Of a DNA stretch of 64,000 bases, positions 17,046-25,788 are shown one piece after another. Position 1 is the first letter of the stretch. Each line of letters starts with the position of its first letter. This DNA comes from a virus. The stretch is from positions 1 to 64,000 of the IMG/VR virus record IMGVR_UViG_3300020158_000335; one strand, 5' to 3'. The translations under genes and the position numbers were made by a program. A model generated the notes under the pieces. It was given only the letters and a program-made list of their open reading frames with translations, had not been told where the DNA came from and searched no databases.

Positions 17046-20000
17046 TTATGCCGCCTTTATGTCTGGAAGCCCGTCTGTGACCCAAGACGGGACGTTGGCT
17101 ATAGCAGCAGGGATACTGTCTTTGTTAATGACGTTGAATTGGCCCCAATCTTTGAAATCTCTGGTTGCGCCATCCCCCAGTGTTGACTGCTCTAATGCCA
17201 GATACAGATATGCAATTTGTAGAACGATCTGCTTCGATTTAGCAGAAAATTGGAAGAGGTAATGTCCGTATGAATCCCATTCTTTTGAAATAATATAGTA
17301 ACCATCGGAGTTACTTGTTTTCTTATGTCCGCTCACAGATTGAAAAGTAGCAAACGGTTCATAAAAAAGAGGGTTCTTCTTGATCTTCTTATCGAGCATT
17401 TTATAAAATGCGTCAATAGGCTTTGAAGCATCGGTAATTGCTTTGGCCAGTTCCAAATCACCAATGAATTTTTCTTTTTCAGAACCAGACGGAGGGGTAG
17501 CCAGTATGCCCAAAATCATTTTAAACATTTCAGGGTCATTTACCACTAATTCGTGCATTAATTCAGGGGACGAAAACTGCTGGATGCCCATTGAAAAGAC
17601 TTCTGTTGAGTTATCTGCCCCATAATACTTCCCGACATAAGCGTTGAACAGGTGGTCTGTGTATGCCACTTCATCATCTTTGTAGTTTTCATTCCCGGTC
17701 AGAACAGATAATTTTATCAACCCCTTTGTTTTATCAACTCTACCGTCGAGAAACGTATTGGAAACTGATACATACTTTGCGTCATCTTCAACTAAATGCC
17801 CCATTTCATGCCATAACGTACTCTTGGTAAACTCAGCCCCGACATGGATAATCTTTCGACCGACTTCAGCGCAAGCTCTTGGTTGGCCTTTAAACCTTTC
17901 CTGGATGTGACATTTACCGAACCGCCCCCCGCTTAACCGGTATAATTCCGCCATGTCTTTTCTGATATTGGCCTCGCCATACCCGGCTTTTGTTGTTGTT
18001 CCCGATTTGCCTGTTACCGATATTTCAACTGCCAAGTAGTTTATCGCGGATTTGTCTATCACCTGGTCGCTGACCCATTGGTTGGCCTGCTTTTCGGTAA
18101 TGGGTGATGATTCAAGCATTTTTTGAATCAATGGGTTATAAGTTTTGGCGAGTGCATCTGATAGTTCTGTGTTTAGCTGCTGCTTCTTATCGGAAAAAGA
18201 CTTTTCTTTTGTTTTGTACTCAGATTTAAGATTTTGATATTCATCAGAAGCGAGAAATTCATCCAGAGCTTCTTGAATAATTTTTAGGTTTTTAGCGTAT
18301 CTCTCTTGTGTTTCAGCAGCCATTAGAGAGTATGCTTCATGCAGTTTGATCCATTCGTCAGTTTTTGCCCGTGTGCCTGATATCCTATTTGCGATGGCGT
18401 CCAAATAAGAACCCGCAACTGCCGTCTCTCTTTCTACATCCCCCAGCTTTTTGGTATATCCTAATCGGTCTTCAAGTGTTGATTTATCTGCTCTATATTT
18501 AAGCTCTGCCGCAGACCGTTCTTGTTCAAGGGATAAAAGGTCATTTCGTGCAGCAGAAACCTTCAGCGCAACCGGTCTAAAGCCAGGGGCCGTTGACCAT
18601 GCATCTACAATCTCTTCCCCTTTGGCTTTTGCAGCATCAAAGATTTCCTTCCCGGCTTCCTTCGATAGTTCTGACATCGGCTTAACGTTTTCATATCCTG
18701 ACACCATCCGAGCCAATGTGCCAGGGGCGATTGTGATGAGCCTGTCTTCTGACATCGACTTACGCATTAATTCTGAGATTTCATATCTTTGGATAGCGGT
18801 TACTGCCACGTTGTAATCAGAGACCAATAATTCAAGTCGATCTATATGGTCGAACACGGTTATAGCGTCTTGTGGCTTGTTTGGCATATCTTCTGACATA
18901 ATTCCTGACGCCTTGAACGCAAGATAAATATCATCAAATGTGGTTGCAGCCCGGAGCATATCTTTCCAGTCGCCGCCATCTTCAAGGATTGCGGTCTCCA
19001 TAACCGGATCATCATCCAGCATATCCTTTGCCATTGCAGGAGCAGGCGCAGCGCTTTCCAAAATACCGCCCCAGTCCTCCCGCCATGCCGCCAGGTACCA
19101 AGTCTTCCTGTCCGGGTCCCATGACACCGTTGCAATCTCACCCTGCCACGATAAATCGACTTTCGGTCTGCTGGATGGCCCGTATTTTCGCTTGATATGT
19201 CCACGGGTCAACATATCCACAAGCCTCATGCAGAGTTCACGGCCTGACTGTTCGCTGGGCAGGTTTTTTTTTTCAAAATCCTGCTTGGCGATGATTCGGG
19301 CAATGCCGTCACCATCAGCAAAAAGCGGGGCAGTCCCAGTATTCCCCCAAAGGAGGGCAATCCAGCCGATATCCGGACGGCTGGCACCCTGTATGGTGTT
19401 CTTTTGGGTATCCAGCGTGTTTTTCATGGCCCGCTTGGATTGATCCTGGGCGATGGTGGGCTTTTGGTTCGGCTGGACGGTGGATTCAAGAATCATGGCT
19501 TTGCCTATTGTTATTTCCTGCAAGCCGAGTGTAAAAGTCGCCTTGATTTTTTTGGGGTACACTGCTGCCATGCCCAGAACAAGTTTCTCGTTGACATCAA
19601 GTTCTGCATAAATTCCATATTTAGGCCCAATCATACTTCTGAGTGAAGGTGCGCCTTTGCCTTCTATTGATAGAGTATATACTCCAGGGGGTAACTTCAG
19701 GATTGCTGCTTCAAGTAAAGCCCGTCTGCCATCACCGTACACTGAAAGGTAAAGTTTGTTTTTCGTATTTAAAATGCTACTCCTGGCAATACGAGACAGA
19801 AGTTTACGTACGGTTGTTTCTCCTTCATCTGTCTCGATCTTTTGATCCAGATGGGCGGAGGATTCAAGAATTGATCCGATTGAAGGATCGAATGTGCCCT
19901 GATTCTCTACCGCTTTGATTTGGTTCGGATTAAAAGCTATCCAGACAAGGTGTTCTTTACCACCGCCCATTATATTGCCGCCGATGTGAGTAATGCCGTC

Positions 20001-21422
20001 ATAACCAACATTTTGCAATACCTGATTTGCGACGGCCTTGCTATCTGCTTGTTGTTCAAGCAATGAGTAATTATAACCTCCTGGCGTGGTACGTTTTATT
20101 TCTTTTGATATAAAATCATCAATTTCTGTATCTGAAAATTTTACAAGAGCAGGAAACAACAGCATCCATTCGTTACGGGACAACAACTGCATATCAAGAG
20201 TATCTTTGTCCGCGTCAAACGGGTTCCGAATGTTCAGGAAGCATGAATAAACGGCGCGGTTGGCTTCTGTTTTTCCTGCCACTAACGGCATTGCGATTTT
20301 TATTCTTTCGCTGTTAAGGAAACCCCTGGCATCCCGTACCAGATGTTCTACAGCACCGTCAGATAAAAATAATTGTTGGTTATCATCTGACGATAATGCA
20401 CCAGCCCCAATGTCCATTACATCCATGTTAAATACCTTCAAAAAGGTATCACGGAACTCTTCCTTGATCGTTGCCCATTCCACGACTTCCTTACCCATAT
20501 ATTCCCGAGCCACATCTTTGTTTTCAGTAAAATAAAACCCTGGCCCATATAACGCTGTTTTATCCTGCTTTGAAATGTCGAATTCCTTAAACCCGGCTTT
20601 GGCTGTGCCGTGATATACCGGAACTGGAGTTTGAATTTTGTGGGTTTCCTGGGGAGAGCCGTCTGGGTTTACGACTTTGGATGTTATTTTTCCATTGACA
20701 ATATCAATAAGATGTGCGATCTTCTCCCCATAGCCTGCGGGCGGTGCTGCTACTGGCGAGGACATTTCTTGTGTCGAGGTCAGCCCTTCACCACATGACG
20801 CAGGCTTTCCTATTTCTACCGCTTGCACAAGATACAGACGAGTTCCACGTTCCTTCCTGGTATATTCCTTTGCCATGATTTTTACACACAAGACTTCACC
20901 GTCGAATTTCATCGGGACATCAAAATGGTGTATTTCTTTGATGTTTTCGTTTCCCTTGCGGTCATCACGAGACATCCTAAAAGCTGAAGCCTGAAACAGC
21001 CTGTCAAGATTTGCAATAGCCTGCATGTGGGCTTGAACTGAGACTGATCGTTCATACGCACTTTTGCTCAACATCTTCAGCAGCGATTCACCTGAAACGG
21101 TTGCTGTGAATCCGGTGTCGATATTAACCAGGGGCACCCCGATAAACTCTTTCGCTGCTGCCTTTGCCTGGTCTGATCCCCGCGCATATCGCATATTCCC
21201 CAGAAGCGCAGCCTTTTCCCAATCCCCAAACCATTCCTTAAACTTCTTGGCCTTCACGCCGTTTTCTGAGTAATCATACTTGGCATAATCAGCCGGGAAT
21301 TCCGCTTCAAACACCGCCGCAATATCCCCGAATGTTTGAGCATTCCGGATTGCATCACGCCAGTCCTTCGCTGCGGGTTCGGGGGTGCCGCCATCCGCTG
21401 GGGTTCCGGATTCAAGAATCAT
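17046..21422 (-). CDS. ddrB: DdrB-like polyvalent protein: LPD3, ADP-ribosyltransferase-like, degenerate BECR domain, zincin peptidase
   Basis: VYHGT, GPGFYFT, GYDGI and FNPNQIK (ART); N.DTG..A.VS and AIANLD.LF (LPD3); TLWHEMGH...TEVFSMG (HExxH); position after ddrA. Confidence 0.75.
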   Translation of the reverse strand: MILESGTPADGGTPEPAAKDWRDAIRNAQTFGDIAAVFEAEFPADYAKYDYSENGVKAKKFKEWFGDWEKAALLGNMRYARGSDQAKAAAKEFIGVPLVNIDTGFTATVSGESLLKMLSKSAYERSVSVQAHMQAIANLDRLFQASAFRMSRDDRKGNENIKEIHHFDVPMKFDGEVLCVKIMAKEYTRKERGTRLYLVQAVEIGKPASCGEGLTSTQEMSSPVAAPPAGYGEKIAHLIDIVNGKITSKVVNPDGSPQETHKIQTPVPVYHGTAKAGFKEFDISKQDKTALYGPGFYFTENKDVAREYMGKEVVEWATIKEEFRDTFLKVFNMDVMDIGAGALSSDDNQQLFLSDGAVEHLVRDARGFLNSERIKIAMPLVAGKTEANRAVYSCFLNIRNPFDADKDTLDMQLLSRNEWMLLFPALVKFSDTEIDDFISKEIKRTTPGGYNYSLLEQQADSKAVANQVLQNVGYDGITHIGGNIMGGGKEHLVWIAFNPNQIKAVENQGTFDPSIGSILESSAHLDQKIETDEGETTVRKLLSRIARSSILNTKNKLYLSVYGDGRRALLEAAILKLPPGVYTLSIEGKGAPSLRSMIGPKYGIYAELDVNEKLVLGMAAVYPKKIKATFTLGLQEITIGKAMILESTVQPNQKPTIAQDQSKRAMKNTLDTQKNTIQGASRPDIGWIALLWGNTGTAPLFADGDGIARIIAKQDFEKKNLPSEQSGRELCMRLVDMLTRGHIKRKYGPSSRPKVDLSWQGEIATVSWDPDRKTWYLAAWREDWGGILESAAPAPAMAKDMLDDDPVMETAILEDGGDWKDMLRAATTFDDIYLAFKASGIMSEDMPNKPQDAITVFDHIDRLELLVSDYNVAVTAIQRYEISELMRKSMSEDRLITIAPGTLARMVSGYENVKPMSELSKEAGKEIFDAAKAKGEEIVDAWSTAPGFRPVALKVSAARNDLLSLEQERSAAELKYRADKSTLEDRLGYTKKLGDVERETAVAGSYLDAIANRISGTRAKTDEWIKLHEAYSLMAAETQERYAKNLKIIQEALDEFLASDEYQNLKSEYKTKEKSFSDKKQQLNTELSDALAKTYNPLIQKMLESSPITEKQANQWVSDQVIDKSAINYLAVEISVTGKSGTTTKAGYGEANIRKDMAELYRLSGGRFGKCHIQERFKGQPRACAEVGRKIIHVGAEFTKSTLWHEMGHLVEDDAKYVSVSNTFLDGRVDKTKGLIKLSVLTGNENYKDDEVAYTDHLFNAYVGKYYGADNSTEVFSMGIQQFSSPELMHELVVNDPEMFKMILGILATPPSGSEKEKFIGDLELAKAITDASKPIDAFYKMLDKKIKKNPLFYEPFATFQSVSGHKKTSNSDGYYIISKEWDSYGHYLFQFSAKSKQIVLQIAYLYLALEQSTLGDGATRDFKDWGQFNVINKDSIPAAIANVPSWVTDGLPDIKAA

Positions 21423-21760
21423 GGCTGTACCGTTTTCTTGATTTCAATATATTTTTCAGTCGGTTGAATCACCGGTGAAACAGCCTGAATTTCATCCGTG
21501 ATTGCCTTTATGATTTTGATAAACCGCTCCGGCTCTTCACCGTTGAATTTTCCGGCGATAAGGTCAGCAAGCTTCTGGTTCTGCTGAGCGGCTTCTGGTT
21601 GAAGGTCAATTTGTTCGTTCAGTTTGGCGAGGGCCGACTTAAACTCCTTTTGAGCTTCACGCTTTGCTGAAAAACTAAGCCCGCTGGATGCAAGCTCAGT
21701 TCGTTTTTGCGCCACTATCGCCTGCAATGTCCGTTTTTCTTTAAATCCAAGTGCCATCAC
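21419..21760 (-). CDS. ddrA: DdrA-like protein
   Basis: 113 aa between darA and ddrB with a repeated L(G/S)F.xKR helical motif. Confidence 0.6.
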   Translation of the reverse strand: MMALGFKEKRTLQAIVAQKRTELASSGLSFSAKREAQKEFKSALAKLNEQIDLQPEAAQQNQKLADLIAGKFNGEEPERFIKIIKAITDEIQAVSPVIQPTEKYIEIKKTVQP

Positions 21761-24246
21761 ATCACCTTTTTAGCTTCCTCGTTTAACAAACCGGTTAAAT
21801 AATCAGCGACGGTATTCAGAAGCCCATCGTATTTCTCCATCAAGCCTGCGGTTTCCAGTGTTGCGGCTGCCTCATCCAGTATCCTGCCATATCCATCAGT
21901 ATCCGAATCGTGAGCGCCGGACATCAGGTCATTCAGGGTGGCGATTGCGCTCTTGACATCCGCATCTTCTGGGGGTATATTATCCCCAAGGTTGCTCTCA
22001 TTCGAGCGTCTGCTGTCTTCGGGCTGGCCGGGTTCTTCCACGGGGGCAGGAAACGAAGGTGATTGGTCAGGATCATCAGCGTGCGCGACACGCAGGAGCA
22101 ACTTTCTTCCACCTCTCTGCTCATAAGGTGTTTTGCTTTTTGGTTTGGCATCTTCAAGAAACCATGTTGTAACGCCGTAATATCCTCCGTTATTTTGCAA
22201 CTCAACTGCTGCGAATTTACCACGTCCATTTCGTTTTACAAGCAACAGCCTCCCGTTAGGTTGTTCGTAAATTTCAGTGTAATGGCGGGTGATGTCCGAA
22301 AGTGCATCTATTTCGTCATTATATCCGTATGCCTTGAATTCCTTGATTCTGTCTTCTGCAATATGTGACTTACCATAAGCGCCGCCTTCCTCAAGTCGGA
22401 TAGGTGCGGATGGGAATCTTCCCTCGCTGGCCGTTTCTATATCGGGGCCGATACTCCCAAAATCAGAAGTTCCATCAGGCGCGGGAATGAATAGACTTCC
22501 AGGGGTTTCGACTTTATCCACTTCCGGCGCAATCTGTTCCGGAGATAAAGATGATTGAGCGAGTTCGGGATATTCTGCGATAACCATTGTATCTACAGGT
22601 TCCCCTGCGGTTACGGCCCGTTTGACACTCCTGGCATGATTTCCTTCACTGATTGATATTATTTGAGTCCTGGCCTCAAGTTCCTTCGCTATTGCTTGTG
22701 GTATAGCTGCATCGGCGCGAAGCCCCGCGAGTGATTCGCCAGCACGAAGCCCTGTAATCGCTTGGTTAATAAGGTCGAGCGCTCTTTCCGCTGCTCCGTC
22801 TTCTTTCAGCCTGCGTTTGGGGCTTGTCCATAAGCCATAATTAGAAGGTCGGTTCCTATATTTTCCGTCAGGATATTCGGCTATTATACTCTTTGCGCTT
22901 TTAGCTTCCTGTTCAAGCATATAAATCAGATAATATTTTTTCGTCATTTCCCAGGGTTCCGGTACGTCCGGTTCCGGCATCACAAATTCCGGGACAACCG
23001 GCGTGACTTCCGGCGTGACGACTTCCGGGGCAACAGGCGTGACTTCCGGCCTTGGCGCTTTCCCACTGGTGTACAAATCTTCAACGTATTTATCCCATTG
23101 CGCCTGCGTGGCTTCACCTTTTTGAAGTAATTCCCACATTTGACCAGTCCACTCCTGATCTTGAGACCGAACCCCTGGCACCGCCATTTCCCCTACTTCT
23201 CTCAATCTGACAAACTCAAGTCGCTTGACTTCCCTCTCATTGGGGATTTTATCTTCCTTGATTTTAGCCATTATCCCCTTCAAGTCGTTTATAAACCCGT
23301 CCTGTTTCATCATGTCAAATGCTTGCTTATCTATCCCCAGGGAAAGAGCTTCATCTTTAAGCGCCTCAAATTCCGAATCCATCGCCGCCTGCTTCGCCGC
23401 CGTTTCCGCCGCCATCGCCCGCGCCGCTTCATCCGCCTTGGCCTTCACCTGCAATGCCGCAAGCTGGTTTTCCAAATCAGCATTTATACCCTGCTGTTTT
23501 TCAATCAAGCCTTGCGTCATGGTAATCTTTGTTTGGGTGATTTCCGCAGCAGACTGTTGATCCCTAAGCCCGTTCATCAGAGCGACATTTTCAGTGGACA
23601 ATTTATCAGCATCCGACTTCAAGGTCACAAGCTGTTCATTTTGAGCCTTCACGTCTTTTTGTGTCGTCTGAAACCTTGCAGAGTTCTTCACCACAAGCTG
23701 AGCTATACGTTTGCCCACCTCTTCCAGCGAAATCTCACCCTCGCCCTCTGGTGACACCACAAGCGTAATATCCCGTTTATTCAGCAGCCAGCGGTAAGCA
23801 ATAATCTCATCATCAGGGCCGATCTTCTTGGCGTCCCCGCTCGGGGAATGAAACACAATCGTAATGGCCTGCCCATCGGAAAACGGAATCTGAGCGGTAA
23901 CATTTGCAAACAATCCGGTTTTCCGTGGTTTTCCGATAATTGCCTCAGCCGGTGCGATCCCTTCAGGCAGATGTTTTGCAAACACCCGGGCAAGCGCTCT
24001 CATCCTGCTGTCTGTCTGTGAGAATCTCTTGACTGTAACCGCCTCGTAAATCCCTTCTTCCAGAAACTCGCCGTCATTGTACTCATCGTCCATTTCTGCA
24101 AGAGTCGCACATTCCAGAATCAGCCTGTCTGTCTCATGGGTATTGGTCAACGCCATATAAGCTCGAACCAACCTGTCGGGACCGAACCCTTTAACGAACA
24201 AATCAAGCCCGATTTTGTGCAATTTGCCTTCTGAGTATGGGTTCAT
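21757..24246 (-). CDS. darA: DarA-like head-cargo protein with an inserted BECR-like domain
   Basis: FSDGQAITIVFHSPSGD..I...D.I.AYRWLLNKRDIT.VVSP N-terminal domain, coiled coil, DarA-like C-terminal helices. Confidence 0.85.
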   Translation of the reverse strand: MNPYSEGKLHKIGLDLFVKGFGPDRLVRAYMALTNTHETDRLILECATLAEMDDEYNDGEFLEEGIYEAVTVKRFSQTDSRMRALARVFAKHLPEGIAPAEAIIGKPRKTGLFANVTAQIPFSDGQAITIVFHSPSGDAKKIGPDDEIIAYRWLLNKRDITLVVSPEGEGEISLEEVGKRIAQLVVKNSARFQTTQKDVKAQNEQLVTLKSDADKLSTENVALMNGLRDQQSAAEITQTKITMTQGLIEKQQGINADLENQLAALQVKAKADEAARAMAAETAAKQAAMDSEFEALKDEALSLGIDKQAFDMMKQDGFINDLKGIMAKIKEDKIPNEREVKRLEFVRLREVGEMAVPGVRSQDQEWTGQMWELLQKGEATQAQWDKYVEDLYTSGKAPRPEVTPVAPEVVTPEVTPVVPEFVMPEPDVPEPWEMTKKYYLIYMLEQEAKSAKSIIAEYPDGKYRNRPSNYGLWTSPKRRLKEDGAAERALDLINQAITGLRAGESLAGLRADAAIPQAIAKELEARTQIISISEGNHARSVKRAVTAGEPVDTMVIAEYPELAQSSLSPEQIAPEVDKVETPGSLFIPAPDGTSDFGSIGPDIETASEGRFPSAPIRLEEGGAYGKSHIAEDRIKEFKAYGYNDEIDALSDITRHYTEIYEQPNGRLLLVKRNGRGKFAAVELQNNGGYYGVTTWFLEDAKPKSKTPYEQRGGRKLLLRVAHADDPDQSPSFPAPVEEPGQPEDSRRSNESNLGDNIPPEDADVKSAIATLNDLMSGAHDSDTDGYGRILDEAAATLETAGLMEKYDGLLNTVADYLTGLLNEEAKKVM

Positions 24247-24842
24247 TATGCGCCCTCCTGAGCGTTCTGAATCATGTCAATATCAAGATTCAGCTTAACG
24301 GTTTTGGCCTGCTCGTTTTTAAGCTGTGTTTCAAGCCCTGCAAGTTGATATTGAAGAGTTGTAACCTGGCCAGCCTGGGCGGTGGTCTCCGCCATGATGT
24401 TTTCGTTCGTGCCTTTAAGCTGTGCGACGGTTGCCGTAACTGTGTCAACCTGCGCTGATATGCTGGTATTGACCGCCTTTATCTTTGGGATTTTAACAAT
24501 CCCGGCGTTTTTCTCTTTGGCTTTTGTGAATGCCGGTTCATTTGCCTTGACGTAGGTTATCACCTCATCAACAGCCTTGGCGATATCATCAACAGACTTG
24601 ATCGGAATGACCTTTGCGTTAAGTTTGACCTGAAAAACGCCGCCGCCAGCCTTGATTTTTACAGTTATTTTCTGGCCGGACGCAAAAACCAACGTGGCGG
24701 TTTTCATCAAAAACCCGGATTCGCGTTTGGCCTTGTTCGTGGCTTCAACATCTTCTACCGGGATGCCTGCCGTTTCAAATTTTTTAAGCACCGGCTTTAA
24801 CCCGGCCTTGTCGAATTTCTCAAAATCTATGGTTAAAGCCAT
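24246..24842 (-). CDS. hdf: Hdf (homolog of DarA fragment)
   Basis: IDF.KF.K.GLK, KRESG..KTA and GQK..V.I...G.VFQVKLN.K.IP followed by a coiled coil; directly upstream of darA. Confidence 0.8.
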   Translation of the reverse strand: MALTIDFEKFDKAGLKPVLKKFETAGIPVEDVEATNKAKRESGFLMKTATLVFASGQKITVKIKAGGGVFQVKLNAKVIPIKSVDDIAKAVDEVITYVKANEPAFTKAKEKNAGIVKIPKIKAVNTSISAQVDTVTATVAQLKGTNENIMAETTAQAGQVTTLQYQLAGLETQLKNEQAKTVKLNLDIDMIQNAQEGA

Positions 24843-24930
24843 ACGATCTCCCCCTCTTATATGTTATTCATTGATAAACGGACTATCCTTAAATCACAAA
24901 TGGCTTGCGTGTTTTTGAACTCTGCTTTTT

Positions 24931-25446
24931 TTACCATGATACAGCCATCACATCGTTGATGCTATGACAGGATTTAATGGCAGAGTATAATTGATTTTTC
25001 TTGTACAAAACTGCCTGGAAATGGGCTCCAACTTGCACCCCGACAGATATCATTTCCGCCAAAGATAAAACATGAGATTGGTTGTCATAATCAATAAATG
25101 CTATCTCGGGCACCTCGGCAAGCTGCATCATCGTCACAGCAGCGACCATATTTGCGCGGTCTTTGTCCTCGCAATCGTACCGAATACCAGATGGTTGCAC
25201 TACACATCCCAGCGAAAGCTCTGATATTGAGCAGCCCTTGATAATCTCTTTCTGGATTCCCATAGCAAAATCAAGGTCGATAAGCTGCCCATCATCAGGG
25301 ATGCGATTGACATCGTAGCTGTACCCTGCTTCTGTTTGATCTTCAGGCGACATCTGCGTAAGTTCTTCCAGCCTGATATTGTATGGATACAGGATCGAAC
25401 TCTGCAACCGCTGGATAACAGGGATATTCTTCGCATATACTCTCAT
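24931..25446 (-). CDS. DUF4376-like tail fibre assembly protein
   Basis: YDC...DR.N, FIDYDN....LS.AEM and C-terminal I..V.AVSW. Confidence 0.7.
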   Translation of the reverse strand: MRVYAKNIPVIQRLQSSILYPYNIRLEELTQMSPEDQTEAGYSYDVNRIPDDGQLIDLDFAMGIQKEIIKGCSISELSLGCVVQPSGIRYDCEDKDRANMVAAVTMMQLAEVPEIAFIDYDNQSHVLSLAEMISVGVQVGAHFQAVLYKKNQLYSAIKSCHSINDVMAVSW

Positions 25447-25464
25447 GTATTTACTCCTTCGTCT

Positions 25465-25788
25465 TCACGATAAAACATAATATCGGTAGTGTTTCTGTAT
25501 TGTGGACAAAAACGGGATATGCTCTTTGTATTTCTCTATTTGCCGTATCAGCACCTCGCTGCCAGTAAAAAATACATGAGTTTTTTTGCCCAGGTTAAAT
25601 TGCACTGTTAAGCATTTGCCATGTTTTCTCTCTGTAAATTTGCTATCGGTTATCCTGTATCCAATTATTTCTATTTCACGGTTTACGATATCCGCTATCT
25701 TAAGTTTGTCGCCGTCAAGAATATGTTCATCTGCCGCAAAGTCAGAGAATTTTCGCACATTCGTCGGGTTTTCAGTAGCCTCCGGCAT
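25465..25788 (-). CDS. Small DGR-associated protein overlapping the RT 3' end (candidate non-Avd accessory factor)
   Basis: KFSDF...GDK.KI.DIVN.EI.I and VFFTGS.VL.Q...PF..TI; beta-rich, unlike helical Avd; start codon uncertain. Confidence 0.6.
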   Translation of the reverse strand: MPEATENPTNVRKFSDFAADEHILDGDKLKIADIVNREIEIIGYRITDSKFTERKHGKCLTVQFNLGKKTHVFFTGSEVLIRQIEKYKEHIPFLSTIQKHYRYYVLS

